A DNA stretch of 64,000 nt. Source: Balanoglossus misakiensis (taxonomy: Eukaryota > Animalia > Hemichordata). Positions within the stretch are counted from its first letter, which is position 1, and each line of letters opens with the position of its first letter. The stretch spans positions 6,437,625 through 6,501,624 of the forward strand of contig CM082579.2 of the NCBI GenBank assembly GCA_040954595.2, in the 5' to 3' direction. Shown here in pieces: positions 41,258 to 52,800 of the stretch. The notes under the pieces were generated by a model. It ran no database searches and was not told where the DNA came from. It saw only the letters and a list, made by a program, of their open reading frames with translations. The position numbers were made by a program, and so were the translations under genes.

Positions 41258-41740
41258 TAGGTCATAATGATGTGGTGCATGGGAGAGACGCCCAACTAAT
41301 TATGATAAATGATCAACCAGAGAGAGAGAGAGACAGAGAGACAGAGAGCGTAATATTTCGTTAACATATTTCTACGTCATTTATTAAAAGGTTGTTTTCA
41401 TGATGTTACAGACAAAAAATACGATGTCACGAAAACACAAGAACGTAAACGGCGCTTCGTACGTTTCTCTCCATGGAACACAGTGACTCCTGCGGATCAA
41501 GACAGAAAGAGAAGCTACGTTAGAGATGTATACGAATGCCACAGAAGCATTCAGGGGGTGTGGGGACACAAATTATATTATACCAGTATATTGATGGTGT
41601 AAATCACGCTATTTGATTGGTCGAGACACGACACGTGACCGTGATATATTAGCCATATACCACAGTCATATATCATAGTTAAAGAAAATGCCTTTTTAAA
41701 ATGTTTTATGCAAAGTTTCAATATACTGGCATAATATAAT

Positions 41741-41883
41741 AGCAATAAAACACCCCCAGCCATGGTATACCACTCGATTTTGACCAGTTCAACTCCATAT
41801 ACGCACTCGCTATCGCTCGTGCGTATATGTCGTGAACTGGTCAAAATCTCGTGATATACCATGGCTGGGGGTGTTTTATTGCT
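41741..41883. repeat. Long imperfect palindrome (hairpin), probably the terminus of a non-autonomous DNA element
   Basis: 29-bp perfect outer arms AGCAATAAAACACCCCCAGCCATGGTATA, then 16-bp and 10-bp paired segments separated by small internal loops. Confidence 0.85.
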
Positions 41884-42048
41884 TAAATACACGATAATAT
41901 AACAAGAAATTGAAAATTCATGGAACAGTCCAGTGAAAAATCCGAATGGGCATCGGAAGAAGCAGGAGGTCTGGGTGACCGAGACTATAGGCCCATGGGG
42001 TAGATAACGCAAAACGAATGCTAACCAGAAGTAAATAGCCCATTTACC

Positions 42049-42466
42049 TTAGGCTGCGGCATGGCATTCACCGCAAATTTCTGGCCCAAGAATCATGCAA
42101 CAGTAGCGGTCATCGCACGGGCAAGCGTGCTCTCCCGGCCCTGCTCCGCCGAATTCGATACTGAACAGGCCATTCAGCAACTTCTTCTCAACAGTCGGGC
42201 TCGGCTTCAAATCGATGGACAGAACGACAGGGGTGTCGCGGAAATTACCTACCAAAAGAAACAAGTGTTTAGGACATTTATAACACCAGACCTCAGGTAA
42301 AATTACGCTTTACAGCCAGAACGAGTGCGAGCACAAACAGACGACAAGAGAACATTGTCGATGTCGAGTGACCGTCCGAGGATTCCTCTATCGGCGTCTA
42401 CTCACCGAAACTTTCAACCGTCACGATAACGGCGCAGCAAACAACAAGAATCCACAGAGTTCTCAT
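42049..42466 (-). CDS. Secreted Cys-rich peptide precursor D (FGNFRDT family, 86 aa, 6 Cys in tail)
   Basis: Exons 42466-42406 + 42248-42049: MRTLWILVVCCAVIVTVES-FGNFRDTPVVLSIDLKPSPTVEKKLLNGLFSIEFGGAGPGEHACPCDDRYCCMILGPEICGECHAAA*. Confidence 0.86.
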
Positions 42467-42657
42467 GGCTGCGTGTAGAGAAGAAAATGAATGAGTCGAG
42501 AGTAATAGGTGAAACGGCAGAAAATACGGGAGAATTATACAACTTGCGGAAACGTCAGGTGGAAGAGACCAATGTAGTCAGATTGGTAGAAAGTCTGAGA
42601 TAGAGCGAGAGGTAGAGACTAGGAACGAGAGAGAGGGGGGGGGGAGGGGGGAGATGG

Positions 42658-42697
<40 letters not shown>

Positions 42698-42774
42698 GAG
42701 ATGTACCGATTTGTTCCTCAGTGTTTCGGCTTCCAAATCCTAAGTCGATACTGATCCAGTCTCTCTCGTCTTCA

Positions 42775-42781
42775 TTTTATA
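42775..42781 (-). promoter_or_regulatory. TATA box of peptide gene D
   Basis: TATAAAA on the minus strand; non-coding exon ends at TCG|GTACAT (42707). CACGCA at 42793-42798. Confidence 0.55.
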
Positions 42782-45700
42782 AGATCAAATAGTGCGTGTC
42801 ACATTTCATTTCGCGGTATGATATCGCCCTAAATGATGACGACATGATCTCATTTTCAAACTCATTTGATTTGATGTGCATGGTGTTTATCAGATTGTCG
42901 TGTCGTTTTTTATTACTTGTGTTTTAATGTGCACGTTTACTCCTCCTTTAACTATCTTGTCAATTTTAACGTCGTGGAAAAGATGACGTGGGATTTATTT
43001 AAACGAAAGATTTTTTTTCAGATTTACGACTGGGTTTACATCTCATGCGTAAAATGAAGAGGAAATTGGGGCAAAATGTAGATCATATCTGTGTACTGTT
43101 ATTATCGTTTTTTTTTCAGCGTTCGCATTTAGCCAAAGTGGTTCCGTCTGTCCGTCGGACAGGGCAGTAGCGAGAATCACATACCAAGCGTTCACAAGAA
43201 AGACGGGGATTTCAAACTGATTCAAGAACACCGAGTATAGTAAAAACCGCCCGTACAAGTTCAGCACTCGAAATACTAGTAATACTCGAAAGCATTTTTC
43301 TCTTTCTTGCTTTTTTCTCTTATCGATCTGATATTGCGACACGTGTTCATAACTTTGCAGTAATCTGGCGACTGTATTTTACATGGTGTTGTATTTTATT
43401 TTTGGTTTCTGGTGATTTGGATGAACTGGCCATGCGTGTGGCTTGAAGTCTTTGGTCATAACATTTCCATAAATTATTACAACGAAATGGCCCCTTTTTA
43501 ATTGAAAGTATTGTTTTATAGCCGTTTTTACATATGGCCTACATCAGCAATTTTCCGACTGATTGATAAATCCGTTGATGCAAATAAAACACTGGTGTCG
43601 AGTGTCAACTTTACCCTACAACTGGAAACGAAATATAGGTGCATGGCGCTGTTTATTAATAGTTGCTACCCACGACCACCTTCTCCTTGTTTTCACGGAC
43701 AGTAATGATGAATAAAGACACCCTTTTCTGTATTCTACGAACACGCGTAGAAACCCATTTCCCGGAGAGTGTTACAACCTGGGCCAATAACAGCATAAGC
43801 CCTGCGTCAACAGAACCATCCACCATCAACAAATTGTAGATGATACGCTAATTCCGAAAGATGGCTGATCCATGCATGTCGTGTCGTATCACTTGATGAA
43901 TTTTGCTGCCTCGATTGTCTTCTGGTAATTCCAGCTATCTTGATGATGCTAGTACTTTTCTGGTCGCATCAACGAATTGGTAATACGATAGCGCCCTCTG
44001 CCGGACCTCAATTGGTTTCTTTTCAGTTCCAAAATCCACAGTATGGTGCTGTGTGCCACAAGTTGCCCAAAAGTCATGAACGACGCCCTCTAGGCAGGCT
44101 GATGACTTTGCTACGTTACCACTGTTGTGAAAATGTAGTATTTAAAATAGCACAGTAAATTAAAATAAAGGGAGAGGGTCGTCTGAACTGCACATGTGCA
44201 ACTTTTCTGTTAATATAAGCACACCATCAGCATTGTTCCCACTGTTCAATGAGACCACAGACCCTCTGCTATAGAGTGACTGTGGTGGTGAGACCTTGCC
44301 AACTATGTGTTATTTCTATCAAAGTATCTTTGTTAAAAAGATACAATAAACTTGCAATGGCACCAACACCACCAGTTGTATGAGGAATCTTAGATGTCTG
44401 TCAGATACATGGTTATTGTCTGAATAAAGACCATAGTAAAATCAACGTTTCATTTGACACTGTGGTACAGGTGCTCCTGAAGGAAAACACCATGATTTGC
44501 AGATGGAGTTAACTGAGGCATTAAAGAAACAGACAAGGTGAATTCTTTCACAGATTGTTTGTTGTGAGCCCTCATCTAATAGATCAGCCATCACTTGACA
44601 GTCTGGGCTGCTAGCAGTATGGGGCGCCCTCAACACGTGATCTATAGGCCTTTGTTTTTCCACCAAACTGTCATCAATGTTGTACTGTATGATAACATTA
44701 GTGGCTACGGCCAAATTAATAAAGGCCACCTTCGTGAACCCTGTGTGACCTTGTATCCTGGAATTTTCTAGATCAATTCCAGTCAATTCCACTGCTCCAG
44801 GATTTCCCAGGGAATGGTTACAAATTCCAGGAGTTACGAGGAAACACACACAAACAAATAAACTCCCGATACATGCGGACAGCACACACAATAAACAAAG
44901 CAATTCTATCCAAAATTCATACTTTACTTCTTTCCTTATATAACATATCTTGATGTATATACATTACTGTATTTTTAAAAAAAAAAGAGTAAATATAGCT
45001 TTGTGGGAGTACAAATAAACCACTGTTTTTCGTTTTTGTTTTTACACAGTACGACAGGCAATGTTGGTCACTCTGGTTTATACAGTGTTTTCTGCAAAAG
45101 TATACGGTAAGAACAACGACAAATGCACTTGTTTTTGCCGACACGTCTGTTGCTACCAGACAAAAAAATTAAGACAGCAGTCTTACTTTTCTCAGCCCTC
45201 GACAGCAGTCACAGTTTAACTTTTTGAAGAAAAAAAAAACAAGAAACACTGAGTATTTTTTTACTCAAACATTACAAATTACTTCTGAAAGTTCATGGGG
45301 GGAAAAATATCCATAAAATAAATATTGTATTTAGAGTAGAAAATAAATATGTTATTATTATTATTAATAATAATAATTTTTTTTAATTCTTTGGTTTATA
45401 TGTTAGCATCACCCGACCAGGGCCAGCATCGGGAGCACTTGCATTATATACTGTTCCTATATACATCTACACGCTACCCCTACTGAAACTGTATTAAGCG
45501 AGAAAATAATATTTGAAAATGGTTGGCAAGATGCGAATCCAACACTCCTGCCACATGCACGGGACAGCAAAAGGAGAAACAAGAAAAGAAAGAAAACATT
45601 TCCATTCCAGAATGGTCCGTTTACATCCATGATGGATGGGAATAAAAACCCTGTCGGAGGGTCGGTTACCAGAGAGATTAGATGTCAGTTTAGCAAGAGT

Positions 45701-46830
45701 TATTCAGCAGTACACCACACCACAACCACCACCACCACCGCAACCTTCACCACAGAAACAACCAACGTTAGAATTGTCAGTCTTGTCAGTGTGTTTATAA
45801 CCCCCTTCCATCTAAGTACGCTCCAACACCGACCCATGGCCTGTGAAGACAGCCAAACCTGATTGTCTATGTCCTTGAAAAATAAAAACTGAAACTCTAA
45901 AAACTGCCCATGTTGCGTTCCACGAGTAAAATGCAACAGTCGGTCCTTCAAGCAGTTCCATTCCTCTCACGTCTTAAATAAAAAACACAATCCCTGATAT
46001 GTAACATAAAATAAATATAAATACGCATAACTGAATGATTTATGAATGAATGCTGTCTGAAGCTATTCTGGCAGAGATTCTAAAAAAAAGTTTCTAAAAT
46101 CATGCGAACTGCCTGCCCTGCCCACAAAAAGCAGGGGCAAGCGTTATTCTTGTTACTGGCGGGGGGCAAAGGTCAGCTCTGTAACTTAGTAGGGCAGTGG
46201 CAAATATTACTTGTCACTGAAGGCATGGCCCCAAACTCGATACTCACTAATTACAAAGTACGTATTCTAGGTACAAAAATAGCAAAGATGTCCACTTAAA
46301 AAATTGTACATCTCCTGTTCCACCACTGTCTTTGGATGTAGCGTAGAACAGGTCACAAACGTCACCCTTTGTTCATGTGTTTGTTACATTAAGAACAGCA
46401 CGTCCGATTGGCTCATTCACGCCTCATTTGGAAGCTAAAGCCAATGATCAACCAGCTTTTACGCCGGTGCTTCTCTAATGCACGTCGATGGGTAGAGACA
46501 CTCGCTTCAATGAAGAAACTTTGTAAATAAACGACTGAGAATTTGGCTACACTGTTTTTGTTTAGCGTTCTGTTGATTTTGTTGGGATTGCGTCGTACTG
46601 GCCTCCCCGCCAATCTCAGAATCCTGTGCGGTCATAGTTCATAGGTCAGAGTTCCTAGATCCTCCCCACATAGGCACTTCTTAGTGTTCAGTGATCATTT
46701 TGCTGCTTCCGTGGCAGTTTCCTTTCCTCACACAGAGAAGAAAAAATAACCGACACGTTTTGTAGTGAACAGCAAATAGCTCCACCATTGCTGCGACCAT
46801 CTGCAAGGGTAGAGAGGCATTCCCCAACGC

Positions 46831-49800
46831 CTACACTTTGGTTTCAGGTCCGTCTGTGGTGGAATGCTTGAAGGAGTCTCGAAGCCGGCCGATCATGTTA
46901 GCCGACATCTGACCGAAGGCTTTGTTATACCATTCAACACTGCGGCCACTGCAAAATCAAAGGGAAAAGAATGAATAACCATTCAGTCATGACAATCAAA
47001 ACAAAATTGACAACCATAATGAGAGCATATTATTTTTTCGTAATTCCGAAAAAAAGGATTCTACTATGATCATTTCAATCACGGGAGTCTGCAAATTTGA
47101 TGTCAGCATTGTTTTTCTATCACGTAATCACCGTGCTACACTTCATACTGGTAGAGAGAGTTTAAGACAAACGTGAAACAACCTGCAAGGCGTGTCTTAC
47201 CGTGAGTCAATGCGACAGATGTACGTCAGTCGGGATTTCCCAGCACCGCACGGTTCGATCAGGTAGCGCGACGCCAACACCGTTCCCCGGACCCCGCCGA
47301 CCAACTCCGCGTCGGGGTGGTCCACCGAGGTCGAGACGAGGACGCACGCTCCTCGGGGCAGGTCGGCCTTCCACTTCCGCACCACGCAGTAGTCTCGGCT
47401 GGGATGCGGCGCCATGGAGTTCCGCACGTACTGGAACACTTCCGTCTCGTGGTCCAATTTCTCCACCACCCTCCACTTGGCATAGTCCTCATCCCACGAA
47501 TGCCTGCCAAAACCAAAACGACACCAAATGGGTAAGTTACATGGGTAAGTATACTCTACTCATTAGGTTTTAAGCAAAACTCTCTTTCCTTCCATAGCTT
47601 ACAGGCTAGCATTTGGCTGATCTATTGAGAGTACACTAATTATTGCAGACAGGAAATCCCCCTGATGCTCTTATCATCTTTTTCACACACGTTTAACATC
47701 CATCCCAAACACGTGACTCATTATTTCTCTAATGACACTGCTCTCAACTGGCTAAACCTAAGCTAATGACCAGTTCCTCACGGGGGCCGACACGTGGACC
47801 TCCGTCCCCCTCTTTGCCTGAAAACCCCATGTCCCTCCACACTATCACGACAGCAAATTTGAGGCAGCTCACCTATCACGAAGAAGCCTGTTAAGCAGCT
47901 CTGTGGGGGGCGCCTCGACTTCAGCTGAACATTTCCACAGTCTCAGCGGATGGCCATCGCCGATCTTTTTGTAGGCCAGTTCTGTTCCTTCTTCTGAGGG
48001 ACAAGAGACCCAACCTTTGAATTTCTCGCGTGCTTCCTACAACGGAAAAAAAAAGGTGGGGGGTAAAAAATGAATACCTTTGCAGATCGCTTGGGAAGTT
48101 CGATAATGTATAATGAGTATTCGCAGATGAATTAAGAATGCCACTGTACCAGGATAGGCTTCTCGTATCAGAATACAGATTTCAACCATTCTTGTTATAA
48201 ACTGAACATCCTGGTAACACCAGTCAGTTGCGTCGCGCAAAGAATTTCAAAACTAATGAGCTAAATATAACAGAAATCGTAATTTACAAACGGATAAAAG
48301 AAAACACCCCACGTCTGTTAATTTTTTTTTGTCCCCCCGGAAACGAATTAACGGTACTTACTTTGAGAACACCTTGGATGCACTCGTCAAGATACGTTTG
48401 ATATCCGGGACTTTCCTCACTGGAACTGCGGCCGAGCTCGTTCAGAGCCACCGGTTCGCCCAATTCCATGTAGGAGAAATGGCACTTCATCATGGTATCT
48501 TCCGGAATCTGTGATGGAATATCAACACGTCATTAGACAAAACAAAAACTTCACGCCACACTTAGTATCCAAAACCTAAAAAACAGTTGAAATTTCTATT
48601 CTTCTGGAATTTTTAAAAATCCTTGGTTGGTTCCCATGGAAACAAAACACATGCATAAACTTGCATGTAATGGACACTACAAGAATACATTCACATGGCT
48701 GCATGTTATTTTTGCACGAAGTCCAGAGCAACTGTTGTAAAAAAAAGTCATATACAGGTACAGGCAGAGGTCTACTCACCACAAACAGTTTCTTGACTTC
48801 TCTGACCATCAGGGCCAGGCACTCATGGGCGGCGATGTTGTCGCTCAGTTCCTTCTGATCCGGTTTGCCCAACTGGGCCCTCCGGCGCCTCTGCGGACTG
48901 GTTCCGGAACGCGGGCCGCTCATGTGGAACAGGGATGGAGCGAAGCACACGGCTAGATTATGGGCAGTCATCTGTCGGGGAACGGGGGAAAGAAAGGCCT
49001 TGTTTAACGCCGATGTTCAGTGTAGATCATTTTTAAGATTCGGTATATGGACTGTGAGAGAAATATAGTGATGTCTCATGGCATGCATAGATTTCGCACA
49101 CATACGCACGTGCAAACACACATCCATACTGAACTTCCTAACAAAAAAATTGCAGTGTGCAGAATTTAAAGATAAGGGTATACAATATGTAGTACTAAGT
49201 CACACAACCACATCCCATGCCCCTGGGGCCACTCATCTTCCCAGAATGCATAAGAAACTACGTTTTCACACTCTTTGTTTTTTGTGTCTTTGACATTTCA
49301 GTGGAGCTTTAAAATAAATAAATTTATGTTTTTGAGATTTTTGAAAAAGACGTCTGTCCCTGGGTGTTTATGATATGAGGTGTAAAAACAGTGGTTAATG
49401 ACGTCGTACAATTCTTGATGCCACCGTGTCATTTGTTGCCATAACAATGGCAGAGAAACATACACACAAAATGATCCTGTGAGACTAATTTAGTCATAGC
49501 AGCTGGCACCACATAAGCCGGGGAGACACGTTTTGTAGGGGCGAAAGCCATTTATCCAAATGTTAAAAGCCATGTGGTATAAACAATTTAAAGATCTGAT
49601 GTGTGGAAAAATGACATTTCGCCGAAAAAGGTTAATAACATACGGGGGTTATTGAAAAACAAAATGTCGCCACTTCTTCACGCAAGTTTGGCGGTTTGTC
49701 ATTTAGAAATGCGTCAACAATAATAGTCCTACGTCACAAAATTGTGACATTTCTCAATATTACTTATTCACCCGTTTTACACCTCTACAAATGGATGCCA

Positions 49801-52800
49801 CTCTCTTCAAGTACCCTCTTATGTTAACAGTTAGATTGAAAACAAACTACAATTCATCATCTGTCATATTTTGCACCGTATAATTTGGTTTTATTTTTCC
49901 TTTCAATGAGAGATAAGTGTCTGAAAATCAGAGATGTAGAGAGTACATCTGCGTTCTAAAGAGGCTGTTTGGGCATGTGTCGGGTGGTTTGGGACATACA
50001 AGAAAATGTCAACAGCTGGCAGTTGGATATTGTCAGCATCTGATGCAGTGCACTGAGTGGGTGGGTGGGTGATAAGTATGGACACCACTGTTTGAGCTAA
50101 CTACACTGTATGTGTGGAAATGCAAGAGCACAGAAAGACACAGCATACACACATTCAGACATACATTCACACATGCTTACTGATTCTCAAACACACAGAC
50201 ACAACAAGCACACACACACAAACTGGATACACAAATTCCAGGGCGTACCTGATTTGTCTCAGAATGCTGGGCGATGTCACTCAGGAACAGCAAGAGGGAT
50301 TGAAGCACTTCCCGGTTCTCATCCGGCATCAACATGATGGTGGCTTGTAGAGCCTGCAAGCGTAGGTCTTTAGGCAAGGCTGTTTACGGAGAAGGACAAA
50401 TGGGAACAGTTTCAGTATACAGCGCAGAGAACACACTTGACAGATAATGACATTTCAACGCCAGTTATTTTTTTCCAGCTGCACTGATTTATAAAAGATC
50501 AGAGAAATCACTGCTTCAAGGTATGATGTTGAATTTCAAAATAACCAGCAATGACAAACAACGTTACAAAGTGTAGTACACACACAAGACAACAGGCTGT
50601 GTTAAAATTCAACTTGAGGCTTCCCCTGTTTACTTCACTGTAGAATAACATTAAAATACTATCACATGACTTCACAGTAGAATGATATACTATGTCACCT
50701 TCCCTCAAGCTAAATCTATCACTACCAGACGCGACACAGACAGCAGGTTTTAATACTCACATGTGTGAATGTTCAAGAATGTCTCCGACAATTTCGTCGT
50801 GAGGAGGGGCTCTGGCAATTCTCTGAAGTATTGCTTCAGCATGTCTGCGACGTCGTAGGCCATCATTCCCTCATAATCAGCGTGATCTGAAAAGTTCAAC
50901 ATCAAGGTGGCAGTTAGCAGGGGAAGTGAACCTCATCACTAGCGTAAAATGGTTGAACCAAGTTGGTTCACTTCAACTCAAAAGATAGGCAAACAGGTTC
51001 CCCATCAAACAGCAAACAAAAAAATTCTCCCTACCAGGTTTGGTCTCGCAGTTTTTCCTCAGTTGCTGGATTCTGGTCCGGACTCCCGGCTTGCGGAATA
51101 TTCCCACTGCGTCCGGAGCAGTATTCCTGAGATAACGCATGGCAAAGAGTATTGTCTGAGGCAGTGGCTGGCCCGTGCGCTGCAGGGTGACGTGAAGAGG
51201 CACCCCAAAAACGTTCTTCTCCTTGTAGTCGGGCGCCTTGGCTCTGCGCATGAAACGAGGCATCACTCTGCAAAAAGGTAGAATAGATCGCTGATGGTCA
51301 AAATTTGGACCACTGCAAATAACCAGTTACTATAGAAGAAAATCAGTTGACACTTGAGCAATAAGAACCTCTGAGAGATTCACCATGCATGCTAATCTTT
51401 CAACCGACCATAATTTTTCTATTTCTGTTTTTTGTGTGGAAAAGAGCCAGGTTCAGTTCAGTTATGAAACAAGGTAAATCTGTAAAATAAAGTTCTGCTA
51501 AATGCCGCATATATAATGTATATATATATAGAGCCATATTTAGATGAATGCAATCTTGATTGCATTCGGATGTCCATTCTAAAGGACACTGAAACTGTGT
51601 CACTGGAAGTTTTTTTTTTAAATGTGATTTATGATTGTGAGTTATGAAACATGAATATCACAATTTATGTAACAAAATCCGATTCCTTATAAATACAAGA
51701 TGTTTCCTTGAAAGCAATGAATGCTGATTCTATTTACGGCACTAAAAATGATAATTCCATAAGTCGATCATACGTCTAAGTAGCTCGCTCGGTCAGGCTT
51801 ATTACGTACTAAATATCGGTCCCATCATAAAGGAAATTCTAAAATTCGTCATTTTAAAAATGTGTGTCATCATGTGGGCAACAATTTTTTCCGTGCATCT
51901 TAAAATAATCTTAGTTCAAATTACACACCAAATCTTACATCAGGTTGCAGACATTTACTTGTATTGAAATGGTCTGTATTAAGCCTGGACAAGGGAAATG
52001 GTGTTGAAAAATTTTCACATCTATTTTACATCCTGCCTACAGTCCATTTCTGACGAAATGCTAGCATCAATCATGCCTAGCCATTCAGGCGGCAAATATC
52101 AGCCAAATCGACAATACACGTTCGGGAATTATTCCAAGAGCCGCATATTCCAACTCCCCCGTAGGCACAGACCGTTTTAAATGCAAAACGTTTCCCGTAC
52201 GATGTCAATCGCCAGCACCCAAAATGGTGGAGGGGCTACACAAGACGTGACATCGGAAAAAAATAAACGTCAAATAAAAAAACGCAAGAGTGCGTGATAT
52301 CTGTCTGCCCATTATGCCGTAATCAAAATTTTCTGGTTGTGTCAATATGTGCAACGGCCACTCACAGGTTGTCATGGCTATGGCTCTCTCATCAATTATG
52401 TTCCGCTACCTGCCATTAGCAACTCAAGACACTGGATATACGAGGCAACCTGGGAGGATTAACATACTCAAGTCGCCATCTGTCTGTCTTTTACTAAAGT
52501 GTGAGCAATGTTGCTCCAGGATTATTATGATTATTATTTTGTACAGGGTTTAGCTGGCCGATTTCTTAACATGCAGGAGGATAAGAAATATTGAGAATTA
52601 CACCGTGTTTATCATTAGGAAATGCTAAAATATTTCAAGTTCATAAACAGTAGCTTGGTCACTGGAGGTGACAGGGAGATGTGACCAAATTTTTTTGTTC
52701 AGTGTTTATAAGTCATGGGAGACAAGAAACGACAACACTCGCTGACTAGGGAAAAATAACACACGCAGTACTCACTTGATCCAACCTGACCATGATCTGT

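Noticed and set aside
44758-44831. Short inverted repeat CCTGGAATTT…AAATTCCAGG
   Set aside because: Only 10-bp arms and no target-site duplication; insufficient evidence.
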